Positions 9,168 to 19,971 of a DNA stretch of 64,000 nt are shown piece after piece. The translations under genes and the position numbers were made by a program. This DNA is from a virus. Location of the stretch: the IMG/VR virus record IMGVR_UViG_3300027708_000021; one strand, written 5' to 3'. Positions within the stretch are counted from its first letter, which is position 1. Every line of letters begins with the position of its first letter. The notes below the pieces were generated by a model. That model was not told the DNA's origin and did not search any database. It was given only the letters and a program-made list of their open reading frames with translations.

Positions 9168-10919
9168 ATGGCAAACATTAAAATTAGTCAGTTGCCCCAG
9201 GCACCTAACGTGTCAACAGCAACCACACTAGCAGTGGTCCAAAGTGGCACAACATATCAAGCCACACTGGCACAAGTTGGCACAGCTATTGCTACACCAG
9301 CCAACGCAGAAACATTAACAGGCACATTCCTTGCCAGCAACGTGATCAATTCAAGTTTACAAACAGTTGGTGTAATGACGGGATTGTCGGTAAGTGGCGG
9401 AGTTCAAGTCAACGGTAATATCAGTGCTAATACCAATATTTCCGTTACAGGCAATGCTACTGTGGGAAATATATTAACAGCTGGATTGATTTCAGCTACC
9501 GGCAATGCTACTGTGGGAAATTTATTAACTGCTGGATTGATTTCAGCTACTTCAACTATAACAAGTGCTGCCAATATCAGTGGCAGTAATATTCTAACCG
9601 CTGGATTGATTTCAGCTACGGGCAATGTCATTGGTAGTAATGTCAACACCGCACAAGTATATAATGCTACAGGGCTAACAATTACCAATGGTAGTGGCAA
9701 CATCAGTCTTAGCCCAGCCGGCAACGTTGTTGTTAACAGCAAGTACATTAATAATGTATTGGATCCAGTACAAAATCAAGACGTGGCCACCAAGTCTTAT
9801 GTGGACAATTTGGCCACAACTGGTATAGCTTACCATCAACCAGTGGTAGCAGCCACAACAACTACTTTGGCCACTACAACAGGTGGTACCGTTACTTATA
9901 TCCAACCCAATGGTGTAGCCAATGGCGTTGGTGCTACATTGACCACAACTGGATCGTTTAATTTAATTGACACGGCCAACATTCAGACCGTGGGCACACG
10001 TATTTTAGTCAAAGACGAAGCCAACGCAGTATTCAACGGTGTGTATACATGGGCCAATGCCACAAACATTGTTCGTTCCCTGGACACTGATGAATATGGT
10101 CCTGATAGTGTTGCTCAATTGAGTATTAATGACTACTTCTTTACCACTGGCGGTAATGTCAATGCTGGCACAGCATTTGTTGTCAGCGCACCCGCAGGTA
10201 CGATTACTTTTGGTACCAGCAATATCCAGTTTAGTACATTCAGTACGTCGCAGGTTTACTCAGCTAACACTAGTGCAGGTATTAGTTTAAATGGCACAGT
10301 ATTCAGTGCCAAAGTTGACAACGCGACCACGGCATTTGACGGATCTGGAAATATCAGTGTCAAGGCTGGTGCTGTATTAACAACCCCCAATGTTGGCGTG
10401 GCAACTGCTACTTCGATCAACAAAGTAACAATTACTGCTCCAGCTACCAGCTCAACATTGACTGTAGCTGATGGTAAAACATTCACAGCCAGTAACACAT
10501 TAACATTGACTGGCACTGACGCTACTTCTTTCGCATTTCCTGGAACTAGCGATACTGTAGCAACTCTTGCTGCCACTCAGACACTTACCAACAAGCGTAT
10601 CAATCCTAGAACAGTCAGCACCGCATCCACTGCCACGTTGACGCCGGATATTTCAGCATACGATCAGCTTAATCTAACAGCACAGGCTGTATCTTTGACT
10701 GTGGCCGCTCCTACTGGCACTCCGGTTGATGGAAACAAATTGGTTATCCGTATCTTGGACAATGGTACACCACAAACTATCACTTGGAATGCCACATATA
10801 CTGTGATTGGTGTAACATTGCCAACCACTACCACTGCTAACAAAATGGTATATATTGGATGTGTGTATAATTCAACAAATACTCGTTGGGACGTGGTAGC
10901 AGTCTCAACTCAGGCTTAA
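9168..10919 (+). CDS. Tail-fibre-like virion protein, 583 aa
   Basis: N-terminal 'IKISQLP', G-N-[IV] repeats, 'DVATKSYVD' fibre motif; shares a domain with 44717..50320. Confidence 0.7.
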   Translation: MANIKISQLPQAPNVSTATTLAVVQSGTTYQATLAQVGTAIATPANAETLTGTFLASNVINSSLQTVGVMTGLSVSGGVQVNGNISANTNISVTGNATVGNILTAGLISATGNATVGNLLTAGLISATSTITSAANISGSNILTAGLISATGNVIGSNVNTAQVYNATGLTITNGSGNISLSPAGNVVVNSKYINNVLDPVQNQDVATKSYVDNLATTGIAYHQPVVAATTTTLATTTGGTVTYIQPNGVANGVGATLTTTGSFNLIDTANIQTVGTRILVKDEANAVFNGVYTWANATNIVRSLDTDEYGPDSVAQLSINDYFFTTGGNVNAGTAFVVSAPAGTITFGTSNIQFSTFSTSQVYSANTSAGISLNGTVFSAKVDNATTAFDGSGNISVKAGAVLTTPNVGVATATSINKVTITAPATSSTLTVADGKTFTASNTLTLTGTDATSFAFPGTSDTVATLAATQTLTNKRINPRTVSTASTATLTPDISAYDQLNLTAQAVSLTVAAPTGTPVDGNKLVIRILDNGTPQTITWNATYTVIGVTLPTTTTANKMVYIGCVYNSTNTRWDVVAVSTQA

Positions 10920-10932
10920 TCAAGGAAATAAA

Positions 10933-11109
10933 ATGAACTCTATACCGTTTCAATTTGATACCCAATATGGTCAATTCAGCGATGCGTTAGTTTTGACTGA
11001 CGAAGAACTTGCCGCATTAACTCAAGTTGATATTGAAGCAATGAAACAGCAACGCTTAACAAACTGGTTGGCTGTTGTTGAAACTCCACAGGAACAATTA
11101 AATGGCTGA
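10933..11109 (+). CDS. 58-aa protein missing from the ORF track (MNSIPFQFDTQYGQFSDAL...MKQQRLTNWLAVVETPQEQLNG)
   Basis: SD AAGGA; fills the gap and overlaps the next start at 11102. Confidence 0.75.
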   Translation: MNSIPFQFDTQYGQFSDALVLTDEELAALTQVDIEAMKQQRLTNWLAVVETPQEQLNG

Positions 11110-14011
11110 TAGATACTGGCGTGGCGGTAGCGGTACTTGGGACGCTTTTAACACAACCAACTGGTCTGCTAGTTCGGGCGGTGCGGGTGGGGCATCTGTG
11201 CCAACTTCAACAGATGCAGTTATTATTGACGCCAACTCAGGTTCACCAACTATCACAATTAACAGTAATAGACCTTGTTTAAGTGTAACAACCACTGGCG
11301 CAACTTGCAACATCTCAGGACTGGCTGGAATAACCGTTTCAGGCAACATCACTCTATCTACAAACACTACATGGTCAAACACTTCCACGATAACCATTGC
11401 AGCAAATAGTACTATAACTACCAATGGTGTGACAATTAATAGTGCTATCACCAGCGCATTTAACGTTACTTTGGGTAGTGCGTTAACCGTGGCCACAGCA
11501 AAATCTTTTGCGTTTACCGGCAGTACTTTGACATTATCAAACTTTATACTTTCGACCGGAAACTTTACTTCTAGCGCAGGAACTCGGGTATTTGCGTTTG
11601 GTACAGGCGCAATCACCATAACCGGTTCGGGCGTTAGTTCGTTTAGCGTTGATGGTTCAGGCCTCACATATACAGGAACCCCAACTATAAACATCAGTAA
11701 CAGCAGCGGAGTAGCTTCTCGTATAACAGCACCTAACTTTACAGAAACCACAGCGTTTGATTATAATATTACTACCGGCACTTATACACTTGACATACCA
11801 GTGGGTATCAACGTAAAAACATTGAACTTCACTGGTTTTACAGGTACCTGGGCTCCCTTTACAAGTTCCTTTACTTTCTATGGTAACTTGACCCTAGTAT
11901 CTGGCATGACCTTTACCACGGGCTCAGGTGTGTTTACCTTTGCCAACACTTCTGGTACAACAACCATTACACCTGCTGGTAAAACTTTAAACCCAATTAC
12001 TCAAAATGGTGTGGGCGGCACTTTCGCATTAACTTCTAATTTGACCATTGTTTCATCAACAACGGGGATATTTGTACTTACCGCCGGCACATTGAATCTA
12101 GCAGGCTTTACACTATCTGCGGGAGCATTTACTTCAAATAATACTAATACCCGTGTGATTCAGTTTGGCTCGGGAGCAATTACCGTAACCAGCACTGGGA
12201 GTCAAGCATTTTTCGTTAATGGTACCGGACTCACATACACAGGTACACCAACTGTAAACATCTCAAACAACAGCGCCACTTCATTAACCATTAACACAGC
12301 CACAGGCTTTACAGAAACCAATGCTTTCAACTTCAACGTTACCACTGGAACTTATACACTCACAGTAACAACTGCTGGTGTGTTTAAATCTTTGATCTTT
12401 ACTGGTTTTACAGGTACATGGAGTTCAGGTTCAACCAGTGTTACGTTTTACGGTTCTTTGACCCTAGTATCTGGCATGACCTATAGTGCAACCACAGGTA
12501 CATACACTTTTGCCAATACTTCTGGTACAGCAATTATTACAGCTGGTGGCAAAACATTTGGCCCTATTACGATAAACGCACCCGGTGGCACAGTACAGTT
12601 AGCAGATACATTTAGCCAAGCAACTACCCGAGCATTTACTTACACAGCTGGAACCGTGGATATAAACAGTCAGACCAATACTTTTGGTGTGTTGACAATA
12701 ACATCTTATCCAACCATTACTAATGGTCCACTAAATGCCACAACAGTTACACAATCATCTGGAACAGTAACTGTTCCTGCATCATCTACCGCAAAGTTTA
12801 CGAGTACAGGTGCGTATACATTTACAGCCGGTGGCACTATTGATCTTAGCACAAACAACTCTGTATTATCTGTGGGCTCTTTTGTTTCAACAGGTTCTGC
12901 CACACGTGTAATTCAATTTGGTACAGGTGCGATTACCACAACTGGCTCAGGTACAGCATTCAACGCAACTGGCACTAACCTCACATACACAGGTACACCA
13001 ACTGTAAACATCTCAAATAACAGCGGAACAGCCACTACTGTCACAGCTTCCACTGGCTTTACAGAAACCAATGCATTCAACTTTAACATTACTGTTGGAA
13101 GCTATACATTAACAATGTCTGGTGGCGTGTTTAAATCATTAAACTTTACTGGCTTTACAGGTAGTTATTCACAATCTACACTCACGTTGTACGGTTCCTT
13201 GACCCTAGCATCTGGCATGACCTATACTCCCACTGGCAGTACAATAACCTTTGCCAACACTTCTGGCACAGCAATCATTACATGTGCTGGTAAAACCCTG
13301 GGAGTAGTTACTCAAAATGGTGCGGGTGGAACGGTACAGTTGGCTGACGCACTATCAAGTAATTCAACATTAACTCTAACCGCTGGTATATTTGATGCTA
13401 ACAACTTTAATGTTAGTGTTAAAAATTTTAGTTCAAGCAACACCAACACTCGAACACTTACCATGGGATCTGGTCTTTGGTCGCTAAGTGGTGATCTAGT
13501 TCCTTGGACTTTAGACACAGTCACTAATTTGACATTTAACAAAGGCACAGCCAATATTGTTTTAAGTGGTGGTACTAATAATAATGTTCGTTCATTTTCC
13601 GGAGGAGGATTGACTTACAACACTTTGACCATTGGCGGTGGATCTGAAACTAGTACCAGCGTTAGATTCTATCAGGGAGATACTTTTGATACCCTGGCTA
13701 GTACAAAAACTGTAGCATATACTCTTATACTATTAGCAGGCGCAACTATGACAGTTGGGAATTTTAATGTGTCTGGTTCTGCAGGCAATTTAATAACATT
13801 ACGCAGCTCAATATCAGGTACACAAGCCATATTATCAAAAGTAAATGGTACAGTCAATGTCAATTACCTGTCAATCCAAGATTCTAACGCAACTGGAGGT
13901 GCTGTTTGGAATCCAGGAGCAGACTCCATAAACGTGAGCAACAATAGTGGCTGGCAATTTGCCGCACCTGTTACTACTGGTACTGGCAATTTCTTCCTAC
14001 TTTTTGCTTAA
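11102..14011 (+). CDS. Thr/Gly/Ser-rich putative beta-helical virion protein with a triplicated internal block, 969 aa
   Basis: Three copies of 'LTYTGTPT.NISN...FTET.AF..N.T.G.YTL...K.L.FTGFTG...YG.LTL.SGMT...TFANTSGT..IT..GKT'. Confidence 0.65.
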   Translation: MADRYWRGGSGTWDAFNTTNWSASSGGAGGASVPTSTDAVIIDANSGSPTITINSNRPCLSVTTTGATCNISGLAGITVSGNITLSTNTTWSNTSTITIAANSTITTNGVTINSAITSAFNVTLGSALTVATAKSFAFTGSTLTLSNFILSTGNFTSSAGTRVFAFGTGAITITGSGVSSFSVDGSGLTYTGTPTINISNSSGVASRITAPNFTETTAFDYNITTGTYTLDIPVGINVKTLNFTGFTGTWAPFTSSFTFYGNLTLVSGMTFTTGSGVFTFANTSGTTTITPAGKTLNPITQNGVGGTFALTSNLTIVSSTTGIFVLTAGTLNLAGFTLSAGAFTSNNTNTRVIQFGSGAITVTSTGSQAFFVNGTGLTYTGTPTVNISNNSATSLTINTATGFTETNAFNFNVTTGTYTLTVTTAGVFKSLIFTGFTGTWSSGSTSVTFYGSLTLVSGMTYSATTGTYTFANTSGTAIITAGGKTFGPITINAPGGTVQLADTFSQATTRAFTYTAGTVDINSQTNTFGVLTITSYPTITNGPLNATTVTQSSGTVTVPASSTAKFTSTGAYTFTAGGTIDLSTNNSVLSVGSFVSTGSATRVIQFGTGAITTTGSGTAFNATGTNLTYTGTPTVNISNNSGTATTVTASTGFTETNAFNFNITVGSYTLTMSGGVFKSLNFTGFTGSYSQSTLTLYGSLTLASGMTYTPTGSTITFANTSGTAIITCAGKTLGVVTQNGAGGTVQLADALSSNSTLTLTAGIFDANNFNVSVKNFSSSNTNTRTLTMGSGLWSLSGDLVPWTLDTVTNLTFNKGTANIVLSGGTNNNVRSFSGGGLTYNTLTIGGGSETSTSVRFYQGDTFDTLASTKTVAYTLILLAGATMTVGNFNVSGSAGNLITLRSSISGTQAILSKVNGTVNVNYLSIQDSNATGGAVWNPGADSINVSNNSGWQFAAPVTTGTGNFFLLFA

Positions 14012-14122
14012 ACGCTCTGCTGTTGTTGCAATTGTGCTATAATCAGTATACGACTCAATCGATCAAACTATAAATTCAAAATCCAAAAGCCCATAAATAT
14101 ACTATCAAATGAAGAATAAATT

Positions 14123-17100
14123 ATGGCAACGATAATCTTTGGTGGCGGAGCAAGTTTTAGTGGAGGAGCAGCCACCTCAGTCCCGGCTAGCCCAACAATG
14201 CAGGCCACTGCGGGATCCGTTACCACAGTAATAGTCGCAGTCAATCAAGCTATCACTAGTTTTAGCCCGTTCGCATCAGTACAATATGGTATCAGTCCCT
14301 ATACATACAGCGTTAGTTCAGGCACATTGCCCACAGGTGTAACTATCAACAGCGCGACTGGCTTGGTGTCTGGCGTGGCCACTGTGACTCAATCGGCTAG
14401 TAATGTGACATTCAGCGTGACTGGTGCTGACGGTGTTGCAGCTTCAACTACATCTACTGTGTCATTTACTGTTAATAGTGCGATAACAGCCACGGCTACC
14501 TCAGTTCCTATCGTGGGTGTTTATCCCAATCAAGCTATAACTAGCTTTTATCCATTTAGCAGCGTATCGGGTGGTAGTCAACCATATTGGTATTTCATTA
14601 TATCTGGTACACTACCTGATAGAGTCACATTAAATCCTGGTACTGGTCTAGTATCCGGTACACCCACAGCATATTATCCCATAACTTCGGTGACTTTTGG
14701 TGTGAGAGATGCCGGCGGAGTCGTAGCCGCTACAACCAGTACAGTTAGCTTTACCAATGTTACAAACACCACTGTTAACTATATTGGTGTGGGTGGCGGT
14801 GGTGGTGGCGGAGTATATGGTGGCGGTGGTGGCGGCGGCCTAGTAACTGCTCCGCTGTCGGTGCCTACATACCCTGGAGGATGCTTTATAACTGTAACTG
14901 TAGGTACTGGTGGTGCTGGCAATCCGTCATTAACTCCCCCTAACCCTACTTGGGTAGGATCGGGTACTAGCGGTAGTAATACTGTTATTAATGGTAATAC
15001 ACTTTTGTTTGGACAGAGCTTTGGCGATATTATCTCTCTAGGTGGCGGCGGCGCTGCTACATGCGGCGGCGCCAATCCTGGAAGTCCTGGCGGGTCTGGG
15101 GGCGGCGGGGGTGGTAGCACTCCACCGGCTATTCCTGGATGTGGTGCTAAACTTGGCGGAACAAGTACACAACCTACACAAAATCCAGGAATAGTGGGTA
15201 TAATACAATATGGTAGGTCAGGTGGTGGAACTGGAAATAGTTCATTTGCTGGAGGTGGTGGTGGTGGTGCTACTACAGTAGGTGGTAACGCTACTGGCCC
15301 TACTGGTGGTCCAGGCGGTTCGGGGTACACTTGGCCATTTACAGGAAATATATACGGTGGTGGTGGTGGTGCCGGCGTATTTAATAGCGGTACACGTGGA
15401 ACAGGAGGCCCAGGTGGCGGTGGCCTTGGCGGTAACAACGGATCAACTGCTGGAGCAGCAGGTACTGCTGGACTTGGTGGTGGCGGTGGTGGTGGTGGCG
15501 GATCTTGCGGTAGTATCCGTAGTGCTGGCGGTCGTGGTGGTAACGGTGTGGCTATTTTTGCCTATGCTAGTTCAACGGTTTTATTTACAGGTGGTACACT
15601 ATCAACTCCCCCAGCAGCGCCTGGCTACCAAGTACATACATTTACTACACCTGGTACACTGACTTACTCGACAAATGCTATAATATCAACAGCTGGCTCC
15701 ACTACAACGGTATTAGCCACACAAAATATAGCTATAACCAGTTTTAATTCGTTTAGCAGCGTATCAAATGGAACTCTTCCTTATACATACTTTGTCAGCG
15801 CAGGCACATTGCCCACTGGCATAACACTGAATTCAAGCACTGGTCTAGTAAGTGGAACACCCAATGCGGTATATGCCGCAGCCAGTGTTACATTCAGTGT
15901 TAAAGACGCGACCAATGCGGTTTCTGGTACAACTACTACAGTTAGCTTTAATGTAAATGCTGAAGTAACATCAACGGCTGGTGCCACTACCACTGTTTCA
16001 GGAACTCAATTTGTAGCTATTACCAGTTTCAGTCCATTTAGCAGCGTTGCTGGTGGATATACGCCTTATACATATTATATTAGTTCAGGCACATTGCCCA
16101 CTGGTATAACCCTTAATAGTAGTACTGGTCTAGTATCCGGAACACCTACCTCGGCATATTCAACAGCCAGTGTAACATTTAGTGTTAGAGATGTAAATAG
16201 TGTCTCATCCGCAACAACTTCTACTGTTAGCTTCACTGTAGCTGCGGCAACATCAATTGCTGCTCAATATCTAGTCATAGCAGGTGGTGGTGGTGGCGGT
16301 GGCAGTTGCTTTACTGGATTTTACGGTGGTGGCGGTGGTGCAGGCGGACTATTACAAGGACCTGTTAATCTAGCTATAGGTGTAACTTACAATATCACTG
16401 TAGGAGCAGGTGGCGCTGGTGGTTGCGCCCCAATAGTTCCCACAGGATTTGGCGGCGCCAACATTGGATATGGTATCCAAGGTTCACCAAGTTTTGTTTC
16501 TGGAACACCTATCACTACAATAACTGCCATAGGCGGTGGTGGTGGTGGTGGTGGTGGTATAAATTCGCCAAGTGGTCTTGGTAGAGGCGGTCCAGGAGGA
16601 TCAGGCGGCGGTCCTGGATCAAGTGTGTCCCCAACATCTTTCACGGGCGGATGTGGCACACCCGGACAAGGATATCCTGGCGGAGGGGGTCCAGGAGCAC
16701 CAACTAACGGTAGCTCAGGCGGTGGAGCAGGCGGCCCTGGATTTCAAAAAGCAGGTGTTACGCCGCAACCTAGTGGAGCTGGATACACATGGCCATACAC
16801 AGGAAATACCTATGCTTCAGGTGGCGGATATGGATACGGACTTTCTTGTGGGCCTGTGTCACCGGGCGGTGGCGGACGAGGCGGTCCTACTTCTGGTGGA
16901 GGACTAGCGCCCTATTGTGGAGGAGCCGGAACTCCAGGCACCGGCGGTGGCGGAGGCGGTGGTGGTAGAAGTCCAGGCCCTGCTCCAACTGGTCGTGGTC
17001 TTGGAGGTCGCGGCGGACCTGGTACAGTTATCCTAGCCGTCCCAACTGTAGCATACCCAACTTTAATTGCTCCGGGAGCCGCTGTAACAACACCACCAAG

Positions 17101-18091
17101 TGCACCTGGATATACAGTATTAACTTATACTACGCCTAGTCCTACCGCACCAGCTTCGTTTACTCTTGCTACAGCAAATGTACAGTATACAGTACAATAT
17201 CTAGTCGTAGCCGGCGGTGGTGGAGGTGGTTCTACATGGTTGTCTTCTGGTTATGGAGCAGGTGGCGGAGGGGCAGGCGGATTCATAGCAGGAAATACAA
17301 TAGTAAACCAAGGAGTATCATACTCTGTTCAAGTTGGCGCAGGCGGAGCAGGAAGTACCACTATGTTTCCAACTAATGGAGTAGCAGGATCACCTGGTTC
17401 TAATTCAATCTTTTCAGCAGTTACAGCAATAGGTGGTGGTGGTGGTGGAACAAATTATACTTGTAATGTTTGCAGAGGTTTAACTGGCGGATCTGGTGGT
17501 GGTAGTACTCATGGAGGAAGTGTTGGATTGGCAACAGGAAGTCCAGGAACAGGACTAGCGGGTACACAAGGTTATCCGGGTGGATCAAGTGTAACATCTC
17601 CTCCAGCTTTTGGTGGCGGCGGAGGTGGTGGGGCTGGAGCGGCAGGCACAGCTGGAACAAGTTGTTCAGGAGGCCCTGGCGGCAATGGCTTAACTTGGGC
17701 ATATACCGGGCCAGGTATATATTATGCTGGCGGCGGTGGCGGTGGAATAAGTGGAGCATTGCCAAAATTACCTGGAACAGGAGGATTAGGCGGTGGTGGT
17801 CCTGGTGGACCTTATGTTTGTCCTCGAGGAGCTGCTGGAGTAACTGCTACCCCTAACACTGGAGGCGGTGGAGGAGCTGGATCATCTGCTAATGGCGGAA
17901 CTCCTGCTTTAGGAACCGGTGGAAGAGGAGCAAACGGAATAGTGATTTTAGCGGTTCCAACACCATATTATCCAGCTGTAAGTGCGCCGGGTGCAGCAGT
18001 ATCGACCCCGCCAGCAGCACCGGGAATGACTGTACTGACCTATACATCTCCTGGTCCTACTGTTACATCACCATTTACCTTTACAGCGTAA
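14123..18091 (+). CDS. Adhesin-like protein: N-tag, 2 Ig-like, Gly-rich, 2 Ig-like, 2 Gly-rich domains
   Basis: Ig-like 'PYTY.VSSGTLPTG.T.N..TGLVSG.P' repeats; 'Y...GGGGGGG...GGGGAGG' polyglycine domains. Confidence 0.75.
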   Translation: MATIIFGGGASFSGGAATSVPASPTMQATAGSVTTVIVAVNQAITSFSPFASVQYGISPYTYSVSSGTLPTGVTINSATGLVSGVATVTQSASNVTFSVTGADGVAASTTSTVSFTVNSAITATATSVPIVGVYPNQAITSFYPFSSVSGGSQPYWYFIISGTLPDRVTLNPGTGLVSGTPTAYYPITSVTFGVRDAGGVVAATTSTVSFTNVTNTTVNYIGVGGGGGGGVYGGGGGGGLVTAPLSVPTYPGGCFITVTVGTGGAGNPSLTPPNPTWVGSGTSGSNTVINGNTLLFGQSFGDIISLGGGGAATCGGANPGSPGGSGGGGGGSTPPAIPGCGAKLGGTSTQPTQNPGIVGIIQYGRSGGGTGNSSFAGGGGGGATTVGGNATGPTGGPGGSGYTWPFTGNIYGGGGGAGVFNSGTRGTGGPGGGGLGGNNGSTAGAAGTAGLGGGGGGGGGSCGSIRSAGGRGGNGVAIFAYASSTVLFTGGTLSTPPAAPGYQVHTFTTPGTLTYSTNAIISTAGSTTTVLATQNIAITSFNSFSSVSNGTLPYTYFVSAGTLPTGITLNSSTGLVSGTPNAVYAAASVTFSVKDATNAVSGTTTTVSFNVNAEVTSTAGATTTVSGTQFVAITSFSPFSSVAGGYTPYTYYISSGTLPTGITLNSSTGLVSGTPTSAYSTASVTFSVRDVNSVSSATTSTVSFTVAAATSIAAQYLVIAGGGGGGGSCFTGFYGGGGGAGGLLQGPVNLAIGVTYNITVGAGGAGGCAPIVPTGFGGANIGYGIQGSPSFVSGTPITTITAIGGGGGGGGGINSPSGLGRGGPGGSGGGPGSSVSPTSFTGGCGTPGQGYPGGGGPGAPTNGSSGGGAGGPGFQKAGVTPQPSGAGYTWPYTGNTYASGGGYGYGLSCGPVSPGGGGRGGPTSGGGLAPYCGGAGTPGTGGGGGGGGRSPGPAPTGRGLGGRGGPGTVILAVPTVAYPTLIAPGAAVTTPPSAPGYTVLTYTTPSPTAPASFTLATANVQYTVQYLVVAGGGGGGSTWLSSGYGAGGGGAGGFIAGNTIVNQGVSYSVQVGAGGAGSTTMFPTNGVAGSPGSNSIFSAVTAIGGGGGGTNYTCNVCRGLTGGSGGGSTHGGSVGLATGSPGTGLAGTQGYPGGSSVTSPPAFGGGGGGGAGAAGTAGTSCSGGPGGNGLTWAYTGPGIYYAGGGGGGISGALPKLPGTGGLGGGGPGGPYVCPRGAAGVTATPNTGGGGGAGSSANGGTPALGTGGRGANGIVILAVPTPYYPAVSAPGAAVSTPPAAPGMTVLTYTSPGPTVTSPFTFTA

Positions 18092-18155
18092 ATTTAAAAA
18101 TCCAAGAGCATTTGCTTTTTTTGACTAAATACGGTATAAATTCTAAAGGGTAATA

Positions 18156-19940
18156 ATGGCAGGTTTTTCTATCACTGGCGGTATCACATTTGGTCCTGGC
18201 ATCACTTATGCTACTGAACAATTTTTCACCGTAAATTACCTAGCTGTAGGCGGTGGAGGTGGTGGTGGAGCTATATCAACTGCTGGTTTTGTTGGTGGCG
18301 GTGGTGGAGCCGGTGGGGTATCAACTGGAGTATTCAATGCGCCAGTATCGGGTACAGTAACAATCAATGTGGGCACAGGCGGTGCTGGTGGCTTAGGAAA
18401 TAGTATAGCAGGCACCTCTGGCTCAAATACTAATATCTCCGGTACAGGATTTACTACTATCACTGCTGTAGGCGGTGGTGGCGGTGGTGCTGGATACGGA
18501 CCAGGTACAAGTCCCGTGGCAATAGGACTAGCAGGAGGTTCTGGAGGCGGAGCAGGTGGACAGACTCCCGCGGCTACCGTAGGTTCTGGATACCTTTCGC
18601 CCAGTCCCATACAACAAGGTTATCCAGGCTTACAATTTGCTGGCGGTGGTGCTGGCGGTAGAGGCACTAATTCAGGTAGCGCACTTGGTGGACCAGGTGG
18701 CCCAGGATACACTTGGCCTTTTACTGGAAATACATATGGTGGAGGAGGTAGTTCTGGACGCAACGGAGCACCTTGTAATAGTCCTTTGGCAGCAGCACCT
18801 GGTGGTGGTGGTGCTGGTAGTAGAGGTCTTAATGCCGCTGGTAGTGCTGGTACCGATGGTCTGGGAGGCGGTGGTGGTGGTGGAGGATTCTGCGCTACAC
18901 CACAAACTTCACTAGGCGGCAAGGGCGGTAACGGTGTAGTAGCTATTGCCTATCAAAGTGCTACTCAATTATTTGGAGGTGGTACTGTAACGCCTGGAGC
19001 AAGCAATCCAGCAGCACCTGGTTACTATGTACACACATTTACAAGTCCAGGCTCATTGACCCTCGGAGCTAACAGTCAAATTGTTGCTCAATATCTCGTA
19101 GTAGCTGGCGGCGGTGGCGGTGGCTCTAATTGGGGCGGTGGTGGTGGTGGCGGTGGCCTTCTTACAGGATCTGTTATCTTAGGTCCAGGCACTCCAATTA
19201 CAATTACAGTCGGTGCTGGCGGCGCTAATACCAATCCTGGTGGCTCGGGCGGAAACAGTATAATTTATAACAGCGCCACTAGTTCTAATGTAGCAGTGGC
19301 TTTTGGTGGAGGTGGAGGCGGTTTTGCTGGCGGCAGCCCAGGCGGAGGCAGTGGTCCTGGTATAGCGGGCGGATCAGGCGGTGGCGGTGGTTGGGGGACC
19401 GGTGGTGGCGCAGGATCAGGTTATCCTGGACCTACACAACAAGGTTATCCGGGTGGGTCGGGTTCGGGTGGTAGTTATGCCACAGCAGGCGGCGGAGGCG
19501 GTGCCGGAGCGGCAGGAAACCCAGCTCCTGGTTCTGCGGGCGGCCCTGGCGGTAACGGATATACTTGGCCGTATACTGGAAACACCTACGCAGGCGGCGG
19601 CGGTGGTGGTGCTGGCGGTTCTGGAACAAATACTATTGCTCCAGGTGGTACAGGCGGTGGCGGATATGGTAACTGGGCACCGGGAGGATTAAGTGCAAAC
19701 GGTCAAGCTGGAACACCCGGTCTAGGTGGTGGTGGCGGTGGTGGGTCAACTAATGGTGGTGTAGGCGGTGCTGGCGGATCTGGCGTAGTTATCATAGCTG
19801 TTCCAACCCCAAATTATCCAGGTTTTGCTCCGGGTGCTAGTAATGTATCAAACACTTATCCTGGCGCTCCAGGGTTGACGGTAATAACTTATACTACGCC
19901 AAGTCCAGGTGCTCCGGCGACATTTACTTATACTGCATAA
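18156..19940 (+). CDS. Adhesin-like protein: N-tag and 2 Gly-rich domains
   Basis: Two paralogous polyglycine domains; ends TFTYTA. Confidence 0.75.
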   Translation: MAGFSITGGITFGPGITYATEQFFTVNYLAVGGGGGGGAISTAGFVGGGGGAGGVSTGVFNAPVSGTVTINVGTGGAGGLGNSIAGTSGSNTNISGTGFTTITAVGGGGGGAGYGPGTSPVAIGLAGGSGGGAGGQTPAATVGSGYLSPSPIQQGYPGLQFAGGGAGGRGTNSGSALGGPGGPGYTWPFTGNTYGGGGSSGRNGAPCNSPLAAAPGGGGAGSRGLNAAGSAGTDGLGGGGGGGGFCATPQTSLGGKGGNGVVAIAYQSATQLFGGGTVTPGASNPAAPGYYVHTFTSPGSLTLGANSQIVAQYLVVAGGGGGGSNWGGGGGGGGLLTGSVILGPGTPITITVGAGGANTNPGGSGGNSIIYNSATSSNVAVAFGGGGGGFAGGSPGGGSGPGIAGGSGGGGGWGTGGGAGSGYPGPTQQGYPGGSGSGGSYATAGGGGGAGAAGNPAPGSAGGPGGNGYTWPYTGNTYAGGGGGGAGGSGTNTIAPGGTGGGGYGNWAPGGLSANGQAGTPGLGGGGGGGSTNGGVGGAGGSGVVIIAVPTPNYPGFAPGASNVSNTYPGAPGLTVITYTTPSPGAPATFTYTA

Positions 19941-19971
19941 AACTAATAAATACTCTATAGGAAAATAAATT

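Noticed and set aside
14012-14122. tRNA or ncRNA in intergenic gaps (also 53894-54003); TGCTATAAT at 14035
   Set aside because: No cloverleaf or convincing structure seen; the extended -10 lacks a -35 and is too weak to call.
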